Below are positions 46,001 through 54,732 of a DNA stretch of 64,000 bases, piece after piece. The notes beneath the pieces were generated by a model, which saw nothing but the letters and a program-made list of their open reading frames with translations, was not told the origin of the DNA and did not search any database. The translations under genes were made by a program, and so were the position numbers. Position 1 is the stretch's first letter. Every line of letters begins with the position of its first letter. The DNA comes from Anaerolineales bacterium (GTDB lineage Bacteria; Chloroflexota; Anaerolineae; Aggregatilineales; J027): positions 982,711 to 1,046,710 of the forward strand of contig JACKCI010000001.1 of the NCBI GenBank assembly GCA_020634155.1, in the 5' to 3' direction.

Positions 46001-46406
46001 GGTAATGATCCTTTTCGTGGTGGGGTGCCAGACCACGACAACACCAACACCCCACCCATTACCGCCGCGTGTGTTGGTTCTGACACCAGAGCAATATACC
46101 TTCGGGCAAGGCACCACCATCCACAAACTCATTGAGGCAGCGGGTGGCGTGAATGCGGCGGCAACCCTTAACGGCTATCAACAAATGAATGATAGTCAGA
46201 TTATACAACTGAAGCCGGATATTATCTTATTTTCGAGTACGTGGGACTCTGCTAGTATTGACTATTGGCAACAAGCCCCAGTCTATGCAGAATTGCCAGC
46301 GATACGCCACGCCCGTTTGTATCAACTGGATTTTTCGCTGGCAGAAGCCGATTTGCAGGCGCACTACTCAGCACGACTCGCCACAATGCAAACACTCGTC
46401 CGCTAA
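45987..46406 (+). CDS. Short lipoprotein resembling a BtuF/FecB-type periplasmic binding protein that lacks most of the N-lobe (possible remnant)
   Basis: Lipobox FVVGC. PRVLVLTPEQ resembles the first strand of the N-lobe, directly followed by C-lobe-like KLIEAAGGVNAA...IIQLKPDIILFSS...LPAIRHARLYQLD. It is only about 139 aa versus about 300 typical. No SD. The start is uncertain (45987, 45999 or 46005). Confidence 0.4.
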   Translation: MKRFMVMILFVVGCQTTTTPTPHPLPPRVLVLTPEQYTFGQGTTIHKLIEAAGGVNAAATLNGYQQMNDSQIIQLKPDIILFSSTWDSASIDYWQQAPVYAELPAIRHARLYQLDFSLAEADLQAHYSARLATMQTLVR

Positions 46407-46416
46407 AGGAGACTTA

Positions 46417-46800
46417 ATGATTGCATATCTAAAACCCCTCAGTTTGTTTATCCTCGTCACATTGTTTGTCGCTGGATGCAGCGTCACCGATGATTCGACA
46501 TCTGAGCGCACCCCTATTGAGATGGCAGAGCGCAGCTTATTGTTATTCAACCGTCGCCAACTCGTCGGCCTTGATGAGCTACTCTGCGGACGCGACACCG
46601 AAACACTGTTTTATGCTCTCCCCGCCGACCTGCGTTATCGGGATATAAGCTGCACCGAAGAATCTGATCGCGTGACTTGTGTTGTGGATGCTGAAATCGG
46701 TGGGATTATTGTTGATGTAGGTCAAGAAATCAGTTTTGGCATCATTGACAACAAGCTATGCCAACTCCAACTCCCCAACTCAACTATAGCACTTGAGTAG
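46417..46800 (+). CDS. Small lipoprotein, hypothetical
   Basis: ATG at 46417 after AAAGGAG. Signal plus lipobox LFVAGC. Confidence 0.6.
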   Translation: MIAYLKPLSLFILVTLFVAGCSVTDDSTSERTPIEMAERSLLLFNRRQLVGLDELLCGRDTETLFYALPADLRYRDISCTEESDRVTCVVDAEIGGIIVDVGQEISFGIIDNKLCQLQLPNSTIALE

Positions 46801-46912
46801 GACACATAGGTATACTAGCGCCCACACGCAGGAACCCATTCTAGGCCTGCTGTATACCCACTTTACTCATTATCAAACTTAAGGGCAGGCGAATCGCTTC
46901 GATTCGGCATAT

Positions 46913-48091
46913 ATGACATCAACAGGGCTTAACAACCGCCGTCCAGTCACATGGTTAGCGTTGGCACACTTTGCCAATGACTTCTTTTCAGGCATTCTGG
47001 GTTTGCTGCTTGCCGCTCAAGCTGACCAAATAGGCTTGAGCAAAACACAGATTGGCATTGCATCGGGTCTCTATTTGTCGGTCTCTATCGCCCAACCCAT
47101 GTTCGGGTGGATTACCGACCGCACCCAGCGCCCCGCCATCATGATTACTGGCCCGGTATGGACAGCCCTCGGCATGATGCTCTGTGGACTCTCCACCAAT
47201 TTCCCGATGTTGATTGCGGGGGTGCTGTTTGCGGGTGTTGGCAATGCCATGTTCCACCCCATCGCCTTGACCAGTGTCCGTGCCCTCGGCGGTTCACGCA
47301 AAGGCAAATCCGTCGCGGTGTTCATGTTAGGCGGCAATAGCGGTTTTGCGATTGCACCCTTTATCACCGGCTTTGTGTTAGAGGCAGCAGGGCCACGTGG
47401 CATCACCCCACTGGTTGCCATCAACTTCATTTTGGTACCCCTGATACTTTGGCGCTTGTCGGGTCAGCTGACACTTGAGGTTCCGCACCGCCAGCCGATA
47501 CCAGCAGCAACCGAGGCCACCACCCGACGCTGGTACCAAGGAGCACTGATGGTGATAGGTGTTTACATGCTAGTTGTCTTGTTGCGGGGTCTGCTACATC
47601 AAGGGTTAGTGACCTATATGCCCGTTTATTTCAAAGAACAGGGCCGCGACCTCGAATTTGCGGGGATTGCGACTTCATTCCTGTTGGCCTTCGGTGCGGT
47701 AGGGTCCTATACAGGAGCATCGCTCTCCGATCGTTTTTCACGGTCGTTGTTGATTGCCCTCTCGTTGATACCTGCCACGCCCTTAGTGTTGCTGCTGATT
47801 CATGTTGATGGTGCATGGATATTCGCCCTCAATCTTGCGCTAGGCTTTCTATTGAGTGCGAGTTGGCCCATCTTGCTCCTCATGGGGCAAGAAATCTTTC
47901 CGGGAGGTGCCAATGGTGCCAGCGGCTTGGCCTTTGGCTGGGGCTTTATTTGTAGTGCGATGGGCAATTTCCTAACAGGCATTCTCGCCGACGCCATTGG
48001 GCTGCAAAACACCTTCCAAGCATTGGCCTTCTTGCCCCTACCCGCAACAATTTTACTGTTACTGTTGCCACGCCATCAAAAAGGCGAGTAA
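46913..48091 (+). CDS. MFS transporter
   Basis: About 12 TM helices. Loop 2-3 motif GWITDRTQRP. Confidence 0.85.
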   Translation: MTSTGLNNRRPVTWLALAHFANDFFSGILGLLLAAQADQIGLSKTQIGIASGLYLSVSIAQPMFGWITDRTQRPAIMITGPVWTALGMMLCGLSTNFPMLIAGVLFAGVGNAMFHPIALTSVRALGGSRKGKSVAVFMLGGNSGFAIAPFITGFVLEAAGPRGITPLVAINFILVPLILWRLSGQLTLEVPHRQPIPAATEATTRRWYQGALMVIGVYMLVVLLRGLLHQGLVTYMPVYFKEQGRDLEFAGIATSFLLAFGAVGSYTGASLSDRFSRSLLIALSLIPATPLVLLLIHVDGAWIFALNLALGFLLSASWPILLLMGQEIFPGGANGASGLAFGWGFICSAMGNFLTGILADAIGLQNTFQALAFLPLPATILLLLLPRHQKGE

Positions 48092-49134
48092 ATCCCTTTA
48101 GGGCCATCATCTTCGTCAGGATCGTTGGGGTCAATCACTTGGTAATACCCCTCCACGTATGATGAAGGTGATGGCGGGGTATAAGCCGTGCGCTCCGTTT
48201 CTTCAACCTCAGCATAAGTCGGCGGCTCGCTTGGTGGTGGTGCTTCCAGTTGGCGTGGTTTCTGGGCGCGGAGGGCTTGCAATACTCCGGCAATCTCACT
48301 AACATTCACCCGTGCAGTGCGTGTGTCGGGCAAACGCTCTAAAGCACGTTGGAGCAGCAACTCGTCGGTGGTCATCCCCATGTCATGCGCCACATCACGG
48401 ATGAGTTGTAATGTGGAGAGTTCAGCGCGGGCCTTGGTACGCTTCACCAACAAATCAGCCGCCACCATCACATCGACAAAAGTGACCGCCGCATTGAGAT
48501 ACACTCCCTTTTCCGCCAACCATCCAAACTTGTCATTGATGGCAGCCTTAATCGAATCTTCCGTCTGACTCTCAACTACACGAGAGAATGAATCAAGGCC
48601 GCGCAGTTCTGCTTTGGCAATATCATCAAGGGTACCGCGTATCATCCCCATCAAGCCATCAGGGTACACATCCATCAGCCACCGTGCATTGGCATGACGG
48701 GCCTCATTGGGCAATATGTTGAAACTCACTCGCATGTGAATATCAAAGGTATCCAACAGGCGGTTTTGAGCTTGTGAATCATGCTTGACAAACATGGGAT
48801 TGACCCGTAGCCAGCGCCGTGTTTGCTGAATAGGCTTAATCATAGTCGGGCCAGACTTCACATAACCGATGGTACGCCCATCCCACCCCAGCAAGACATA
48901 CCATTCATCGGCCTCTCCTGTTAGGTAGACAGGCTTCAGACGAAAATTCCACGCCACTAAGCCAAAGCCTGCCAACACAATGCTTAGGATACGTACCAAT
49001 GATAACAAGAAACCAGCAAAGAATAGGCTGCTCAATAGATAGACGGCAAAGGCCGCCACTAAAACCCCGCCTGTGATGGTACCAACTGTGCGGAGAAGAT
49101 GACTCATGGGACTGTTAACTTCAGACATCAACAC
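48076..49134 (-). CDS. Membrane-anchored SPFH/band-7-like protein with Pro-rich C-terminus
   Basis: Two N-terminal TM helices. The central region (FDIHMRVSFNILP...IRGTLDDIAKAELRGLDSFSRVV...GVYLNAAVTFVDVMVAADLL) has the SPFH pattern. The start is uncertain. Confidence 0.5.
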   Translation of the reverse strand: MLMSEVNSPMSHLLRTVGTITGGVLVAAFAVYLLSSLFFAGFLLSLVRILSIVLAGFGLVAWNFRLKPVYLTGEADEWYVLLGWDGRTIGYVKSGPTMIKPIQQTRRWLRVNPMFVKHDSQAQNRLLDTFDIHMRVSFNILPNEARHANARWLMDVYPDGLMGMIRGTLDDIAKAELRGLDSFSRVVESQTEDSIKAAINDKFGWLAEKGVYLNAAVTFVDVMVAADLLVKRTKARAELSTLQLIRDVAHDMGMTTDELLLQRALERLPDTRTARVNVSEIAGVLQALRAQKPRQLEAPPPSEPPTYAEVEETERTAYTPPSPSSYVEGYYQVIDPNDPDEDDGPKGIYSPF

Positions 49135-49182
49135 TCAAACCTGCTAAAATACGCTACGAATTCAATTGTACAAGGGGGTTTC

Positions 49183-49818
49183 ATGTCGATACAAGTCCAT
49201 ATGCTGGCGCTCGGTGCGCTACAAACCAACTGCTATATTGTAGCAGATACCCAAAGCCGTGAGGCTGTGATTATCGACCCTTCCGATGAACCACAGGCTA
49301 TACTCGCGCTTATTCAACGCGAAGGCTATACCGTCCGTGAGATATTGGCAACCCATACCCATTTTGACCATGTATTAGCAGCCCAACCCGTTAAGGCTGC
49401 TACGGGAGCGCCCTTCCGCCTTCATATGGAGGGGGTTCAACAATTAGCGCGTTCCCAGCAAATCGCCCAGATGTATGGCTTATCAGCACCCGAACCCGCC
49501 GAAGCTGACAGCTTTATCGCAGAAGGCGATGTCATTGAATTTGGGGCGGTGCGGCTTGAGACCATCTATACGCCGGGGCATTCGGTTGGGCATGTCAGCT
49601 TTGTGTTAGGCTCAGAAAAAGTCGTCTTTAGTGGCGATTGTCTCTTTCGGAATAGTATAGGACGCACTGACCTCCCCGGTGGAGACTACAATACATTGAT
49701 TGCCACCATCTATCAAAAACTCATTGTGCTAGGTGATGACTATATCGTCTATTCAGGACATGGCCCTCAAACCACGATTGGCTATGAGCGCCTACATAAT
49801 CCTTTCTTATTGGGGTAG
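49183..49818 (+). CDS. MBL-fold metallo-hydrolase (glyoxalase II-like)
   Basis: THTHFDH, TPGHSVGH, GDCLF. ATG at 49183 after AAGGGGG. Confidence 0.85.
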   Translation: MSIQVHMLALGALQTNCYIVADTQSREAVIIDPSDEPQAILALIQREGYTVREILATHTHFDHVLAAQPVKAATGAPFRLHMEGVQQLARSQQIAQMYGLSAPEPAEADSFIAEGDVIEFGAVRLETIYTPGHSVGHVSFVLGSEKVVFSGDCLFRNSIGRTDLPGGDYNTLIATIYQKLIVLGDDYIVYSGHGPQTTIGYERLHNPFLLG

Positions 49819-49820
49819 CT

Positions 49821-50732
49821 ATGCCAATCATTCACTATATTCCTGATGATGTCGAAATTGAAGTCGAGGCGGGAACCACTATCCTGCAAGCCTCATGGCA
49901 GAGCAATATCCCCCACACCCACGTGTGTGGTGGCAATGCCCGTTGTTCAACCTGCCGTGTGATGATTATTGAGGGCAAAGACCACTGTCAGCCTCGCAAT
50001 AGAGAAGAAGGCCTCTTGGCGCGGCGTTTAAGCTTTACACCCGACATCCGCCTTGCCTGCCAAACCCAAGTGACTGGTGATGTCACCATCCGACGCTTGG
50101 TACTTGACCAAGAGGACATCGACCTTGTAGCCCAGCCCGAACATGGCACCCGCGAAGACCATATCGGGGCCGAGCGCAAGGTGGCGATATTATTCTCGGA
50201 TATACGCAATTTCACCACTTTTGCGGAGGTGGTGCCTGCCTATGATGTGATTCACATTCTCAACCGCTACTTTTATGAGATGGATCATCTTGTTCAGGCC
50301 TATGGGGGCTATGTCGATAACCATATCGGCGATGGCATTATGGCCCTTTTTGGCGTGGAGGGTGAGCCAGATGCTGCCCTAAATGCAGTACAGGCAGGCT
50401 TGGCAATGCTCGAAGCCGTTGAACGCTTCCGACCCTATGTGCAAGTCATGTACCCTTGGGATTTTCAGATCGGGATAGGGGTGCATTATGGAGAAGTCGT
50501 TATCGGCACATTGGGGGCCATCAACAAGAAGATGACGGCCATTGGCGATAGTGTCAACTTTGCCAGCCGTATCGAATCAGCAACCAAAGACACGGGCGTA
50601 CATTTCTTGATTTCAGAAGACACTTATTATGAGATTAAGGATAAGGCGCTGGAAGTCGAGCGTGTTCGACTACGTCTCAAAGGGAAGCGCGGCGAACACG
50701 CCCTGTATGCTGTCAAACAGTTGCGAGATTAG
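49821..50732 (+). CDS. 2Fe-2S ferredoxin domain fused to class III adenylate/guanylate cyclase
   Basis: N-terminus CGGNARCSTCRV plus a later LAC (plant-type ferredoxin Cys pattern). Cyclase motifs AILFSDIRNFT, IGDGIMALFG, GVHYGEVVIGTLG, TAIGDSVNFASRIES. Confidence 0.85.
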   Translation: MPIIHYIPDDVEIEVEAGTTILQASWQSNIPHTHVCGGNARCSTCRVMIIEGKDHCQPRNREEGLLARRLSFTPDIRLACQTQVTGDVTIRRLVLDQEDIDLVAQPEHGTREDHIGAERKVAILFSDIRNFTTFAEVVPAYDVIHILNRYFYEMDHLVQAYGGYVDNHIGDGIMALFGVEGEPDAALNAVQAGLAMLEAVERFRPYVQVMYPWDFQIGIGVHYGEVVIGTLGAINKKMTAIGDSVNFASRIESATKDTGVHFLISEDTYYEIKDKALEVERVRLRLKGKRGEHALYAVKQLRD

Positions 50733-52933
50733 CTGGTGCGGAATTCTAAGCCCTTAGTATCGGCGTCAATCTCAATCATGTCCGTATCAGCCGTCTTGCC
50801 GTGCAGCAGAAAATCGGCAAGGGGTTCGCGGATATTGCGCTGGATAATCCGCCGCAAGGGACGCGCCCCATATTCGGGCGTATCATTTTGATCAAGCAAC
50901 CACTGCTTGGCCTTGTCGGTAAAGGCGATATTCAAGCCCCGGTCAGCCCCAAGGCGGACTTCGCGTTGGAGCATCAGGTCAAGAATGTCGCGCAAGTTCT
51001 CGGTACTCAATTGATGGAAGATGGTAATGTCATCCAAACGGTTAAGGAACTCTGGACGGAAATGAGCGCGAACCTCGCCCAAGACTTCTTCCCGCACTTC
51101 ATCGTCAATAATCGGAGTCTGCAAATGCTCGGCCCCAAGGTTGCTGGTCATAATCACCACCGCCTCGCTAAAAGTAGCCGTGCGGCCTTGGGCATCCGTC
51201 AAACGCCCTTCTTCTAAGACTTGCAACAAAATATCAACAATGCGCGAGTGGGCCTTTTCGACCTCATCGAACAACACCACAATATAAGGCTGCTCTAACA
51301 CACGGTCAGTCAATTGACCACCGCCTTCATAACCGACATAGCCGGGCGGCGCACCAATCAAGCGGCTGACGGTGTTTTCTTCCATATACTCCGACATATC
51401 AAGTTGGAGCATGGCATTCTCGCTGCCAAACATAAACTCCGCCAGAGCCTTTGCCAATTCGGTCTTGCCTACCCCACTAGGGCCAAGGAATAAGAACGAG
51501 CCAATGGGACGCTTGGGATCTTTGAGGCCGACACGGGCGGTCTTGACGGCACGGCTGACGGCCACCACCGCCTCGTCTTGTCCGACAATGCGCTCATGCA
51601 GGTGTTCAACCATACGGGCGTATTTGTTGCGCTCATCTTGGTCGAGCTTGCTGACCGGAATACCTGTCATCTGGGCCGTTGCGAGGGTGACATCCTCAGC
51701 ATCCAGCGTGTCGTCGGGGAGTTCAGGCTTAAAGGCAAGCTGGGCCTGCTGGTTCATGCGTACCAAGGCCGCCGCCCGATGCAGCAAATGGGAAGCACTC
51801 AAGGGTAAAGGCATGGTGCCAATGTAGCGTTTAGCAAGTTTGGCGGCTGCCACAATCGCGTCACGGTGGACATCAATGTCATAATCAGCAGCAATATGGG
51901 GTCGCATCACCTCTAAAATTTCAATCGCTTCGGCCTCAGTTGGCTCATCCACGCGCAGTAATTGGGCATGCTCGCCAATAGCATTGACCTTGCTCACCCG
52001 TCCATCCCATTCGCTCTGGTTGGTGGTGCCAATAATCACAGGGTCATAACTGAGGAAAGCTTTTTGCAAATTTTGGCCTGCCTTGGGAAATTCAGCCTTA
52101 GCGGGGCCACCAAAAAAGCGATGGATATGCGGCACAAACAGCACCCCACCCTTGGCGCTCATGATGGCACTTTGCATGGCCTCTACTGAATTATCCAGCA
52201 ACGCACGCTCGTCAATTTGGATAAACTTATCAATACCCTTTGGCCCTTTGCCCTCGGTAATCAGCAAAGCCAGCGAATAACCCAGCGCCCGCTTGCCGAC
52301 CCCATCTGGCCCCAAGAGCATAATGTGGCGGTGAACAGCCTGCCCAATGATGTTGAGCATGTCACGTAACAGATTCTCACGGAAGAACACCGCCCGCAAA
52401 TCGCCAGAACGAGCCGCTGCTACATGGTCAACCAGAGTCGTGACTTCGCGCTTGCGGATGATGGTTGGCTCGGCCATTGAACGAAGGGCGCTCTCGGTAA
52501 TGCCGTTTTGTTCCAACAGCAGACCCGTCCCCAGCCGTCGGTCGGTAAGGCTGGTCAGCAGATGGTCGGTGTCGATGTAAACTAGACCTTGGGCTTGAGC
52601 GACGCTGAGGGCTTCATCCAGTGCAATAATCATCTGACGGCTGATGGGGAACTTGGCTCCATTGGGGAGTAGATACTCAAGGTCGCCTGACTTGTCATGG
52701 CGCGATTCCATTGCCAACCGCACCTGACGCTCTAGGCGGTCAAGGTCAGTACCGCGCCGCTCGGCAAAGCTTTGCAGCACCCGATAAGCCGCCACCTCCT
52801 TGGTTTGGAGCAAGACCAGCAACACCGCTTCAGGATAGATATTGCGCCGCATATAGCGACGGCTGACCTCAACGGATTCGTTCATCACTGCCGTCATTTC
52901 AGATGACAGCAAATTTGGATTCAATGACCCCAT
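50729..52933 (-). CDS. Clp/Hsp100-family AAA+ ATPase with degenerate first nucleotide-binding domain
   Basis: Clp_N-like repeats. D1 has GPDGVGKR and VLFVPHIH in place of the canonical Walker A/B. D2 is canonical: GPSGVGKTELAKALA, VVLFDEVEKAH, FRPEFLNRLD. Confidence 0.9.
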   Translation of the reverse strand: MGSLNPNLLSSEMTAVMNESVEVSRRYMRRNIYPEAVLLVLLQTKEVAAYRVLQSFAERRGTDLDRLERQVRLAMESRHDKSGDLEYLLPNGAKFPISRQMIIALDEALSVAQAQGLVYIDTDHLLTSLTDRRLGTGLLLEQNGITESALRSMAEPTIIRKREVTTLVDHVAAARSGDLRAVFFRENLLRDMLNIIGQAVHRHIMLLGPDGVGKRALGYSLALLITEGKGPKGIDKFIQIDERALLDNSVEAMQSAIMSAKGGVLFVPHIHRFFGGPAKAEFPKAGQNLQKAFLSYDPVIIGTTNQSEWDGRVSKVNAIGEHAQLLRVDEPTEAEAIEILEVMRPHIAADYDIDVHRDAIVAAAKLAKRYIGTMPLPLSASHLLHRAAALVRMNQQAQLAFKPELPDDTLDAEDVTLATAQMTGIPVSKLDQDERNKYARMVEHLHERIVGQDEAVVAVSRAVKTARVGLKDPKRPIGSFLFLGPSGVGKTELAKALAEFMFGSENAMLQLDMSEYMEENTVSRLIGAPPGYVGYEGGGQLTDRVLEQPYIVVLFDEVEKAHSRIVDILLQVLEEGRLTDAQGRTATFSEAVVIMTSNLGAEHLQTPIIDDEVREEVLGEVRAHFRPEFLNRLDDITIFHQLSTENLRDILDLMLQREVRLGADRGLNIAFTDKAKQWLLDQNDTPEYGARPLRRIIQRNIREPLADFLLHGKTADTDMIEIDADTKGLEFRTS

Positions 52934-52985
52934 AAATTCTACTCCCTATTCAACCGCCCAATGATAAACGGGGCAGGTATCAAAG

Positions 52986-53780
52986 TCAAAAATCAATACA
53001 GGCATTGGGCGGCTCATCACCTAAATCGAATGTCTTGGTTAACCACGAAAAGCCATAGGCATTCGCTTGTGGACAATAGTCGGCCCGTTCCCCTTCATAC
53101 TCCACGCCAAAGACGGCCTTGTTTGCCTCAATAAACGGCAACAAGTAGTCACATTCGTCGTAATAAAAGCACTGCTCATTCAGCGCCCAATCATAGCTAT
53201 CAACTAAGAACTCGATTTGGAGCAGGCCATTTTTCAGGCCAATGGAGAGTCCCCGTGCATGAGCAGCCTCAGCTAACCATAAGGTATACGCAAGTTGGTC
53301 GTCTTGGGTTAGCGGAAATCCCGTTTCGTTGGTATAGCCATCCACATTGTCAGGGTCTACGCCATCACAGGCTTTTTCAACGGCAAGGTCAAGGCGGGCC
53401 TCCATAATGGGTTGCAGGGCGTCCAAATCACGGATGTCGAGCCAGCGCTCACCGGGCCATTGTTCTAGGTCGTTACCCAGCACGCTTTCTGGAAAATCAG
53501 CGGCATCCTCACGCCAATCTTCCCACGTCCCTGCGCTAAAATAGCAAATCACAATCCGCCCATCCTCATGGAGTTGGTCAATGGTCGCTTGGGGCGTATC
53601 AAAGAGGTCAATATCATACATCTCGACATCGTAACTGATGTCAATGTCCCCCTGAAGCTGCAATTGCCATGTGGTGCCGGGTGTCGGCTGCCAGATGGTC
53701 GGCGGCTCCTCATCATCTTGAGCCGAGACCGCCCCACCTAACCCTATGATAATAACCAAGATGAACCAGAAACGTGTCAC
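52986..53780 (-). CDS. GH114-like endo-alpha-1,4-polygalactosaminidase, secreted
   Basis: ICYFSAGTWEDWR motif. The GTG at 53780 after GGGAGGG gives signal peptide MTRFWFILVIIIGLGGAVSA. Confidence 0.7.
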   Translation of the reverse strand: MTRFWFILVIIIGLGGAVSAQDDEEPPTIWQPTPGTTWQLQLQGDIDISYDVEMYDIDLFDTPQATIDQLHEDGRIVICYFSAGTWEDWREDAADFPESVLGNDLEQWPGERWLDIRDLDALQPIMEARLDLAVEKACDGVDPDNVDGYTNETGFPLTQDDQLAYTLWLAEAAHARGLSIGLKNGLLQIEFLVDSYDWALNEQCFYYDECDYLLPFIEANKAVFGVEYEGERADYCPQANAYGFSWLTKTFDLGDEPPNACIDF

Positions 53781-53796
53781 GGTATCCCTCCCACGC

Positions 53797-53834
53797 AAAC
53801 AAAAATACCCCTGTAGATTGCCTACAAGGGTATT
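53797..53834 (-). terminator. Rho-independent terminator of the thioredoxin gene
   Basis: On the minus strand: AATACCCTTGTAG-GCAAT-CTACAGGGGTATT, a 13-bp stem with one G-U pair that is valid only on this strand, followed by TTTGTTT. Confidence 0.65.
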
Positions 53835-53857
53835 ATATGCCGAATGTTCAGATGGGG

Positions 53858-54610
53858 TTAGTTGTCGCTAGGAATTTCCAGCGCAATCAGTTGTTCAAGT
53901 GCATCCCGCAAAGTGGCCTCTGGCAAAGCACCAGCGGTTTGACCCACAATCTTGCCTTGCTTAATGAACATCAAGGTGGGGATGCTCATAATGCGGAAGG
54001 CTTGGGCCAGACCGGGGTTGTTGTCCACATCGACCTTGGCAATCTTGACCTTGCCCACATACTCGCCCGCTAACTTCTCAAGGGTGGGAGCAACCATCCG
54101 ACAAGGGCCACACCATTCCGCCCAAAAGTCAATCAAAACGGGGAGTTCGCTGTTGATAACCTCATTCTCGAAGGTATCATCGGTCACATGTACGGGTTTG
54201 TCGTGCATCATCACGGGTTGTTTTTCCTTTTGCTCTTCAGATGAATCAGATTCTTGTTTTTCTTGTTTAATCACAGGTGCCAGTTTTGCCAAGGCATCAG
54301 CTATACTTTGCACATCAGCGGCCCAAGGGCGGGGACGGCGCTTGACCTGTTCGCCTTGGTGCCAACCAACCAATAAGGGCTGTTTACCGACTTGAAAGCG
54401 CTCTTTAAGGTCGGGGTACTTCGCAGTGTCTACTGTGAAGACCTTCAAACGGCTGGCATAATCCTTAGATGCGGCCTCTAGTGCTTTGCTTACGTCCGCC
54501 ATTGGTGATTCGCCATTGGCAGAGAACCACATCAACACAGGCATATCAGCCGCCAGCGCTTGGTCAAGAGATTGCGGATCTGCTTTGATTACAAGAGATG
54601 GATTGGTCAT
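53858..54610 (-). CDS. Two-domain thioredoxin (degenerate N-terminal Trx-like domain plus canonical C-terminal thioredoxin)
   Basis: The C-terminal domain has WAEWCGPCR. The N-terminal domain has WFSANGESP at the equivalent position (no CxxC). Confidence 0.85.
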   Translation of the reverse strand: MTNPSLVIKADPQSLDQALAADMPVLMWFSANGESPMADVSKALEAASKDYASRLKVFTVDTAKYPDLKERFQVGKQPLLVGWHQGEQVKRRPRPWAADVQSIADALAKLAPVIKQEKQESDSSEEQKEKQPVMMHDKPVHVTDDTFENEVINSELPVLIDFWAEWCGPCRMVAPTLEKLAGEYVGKVKIAKVDVDNNPGLAQAFRIMSIPTLMFIKQGKIVGQTAGALPEATLRDALEQLIALEIPSDN

Positions 54611-54732
54611 AGCCCCCCCACATCATTAAGTCTGAGTTAGATAGATACAAGTCTACCATCCCTCCAGCCGTTTAGATGCGGTGAAGGGATGGAAAGTTAC
54701 CAAACTACTCAGAATATGATGCAATTCTTATA

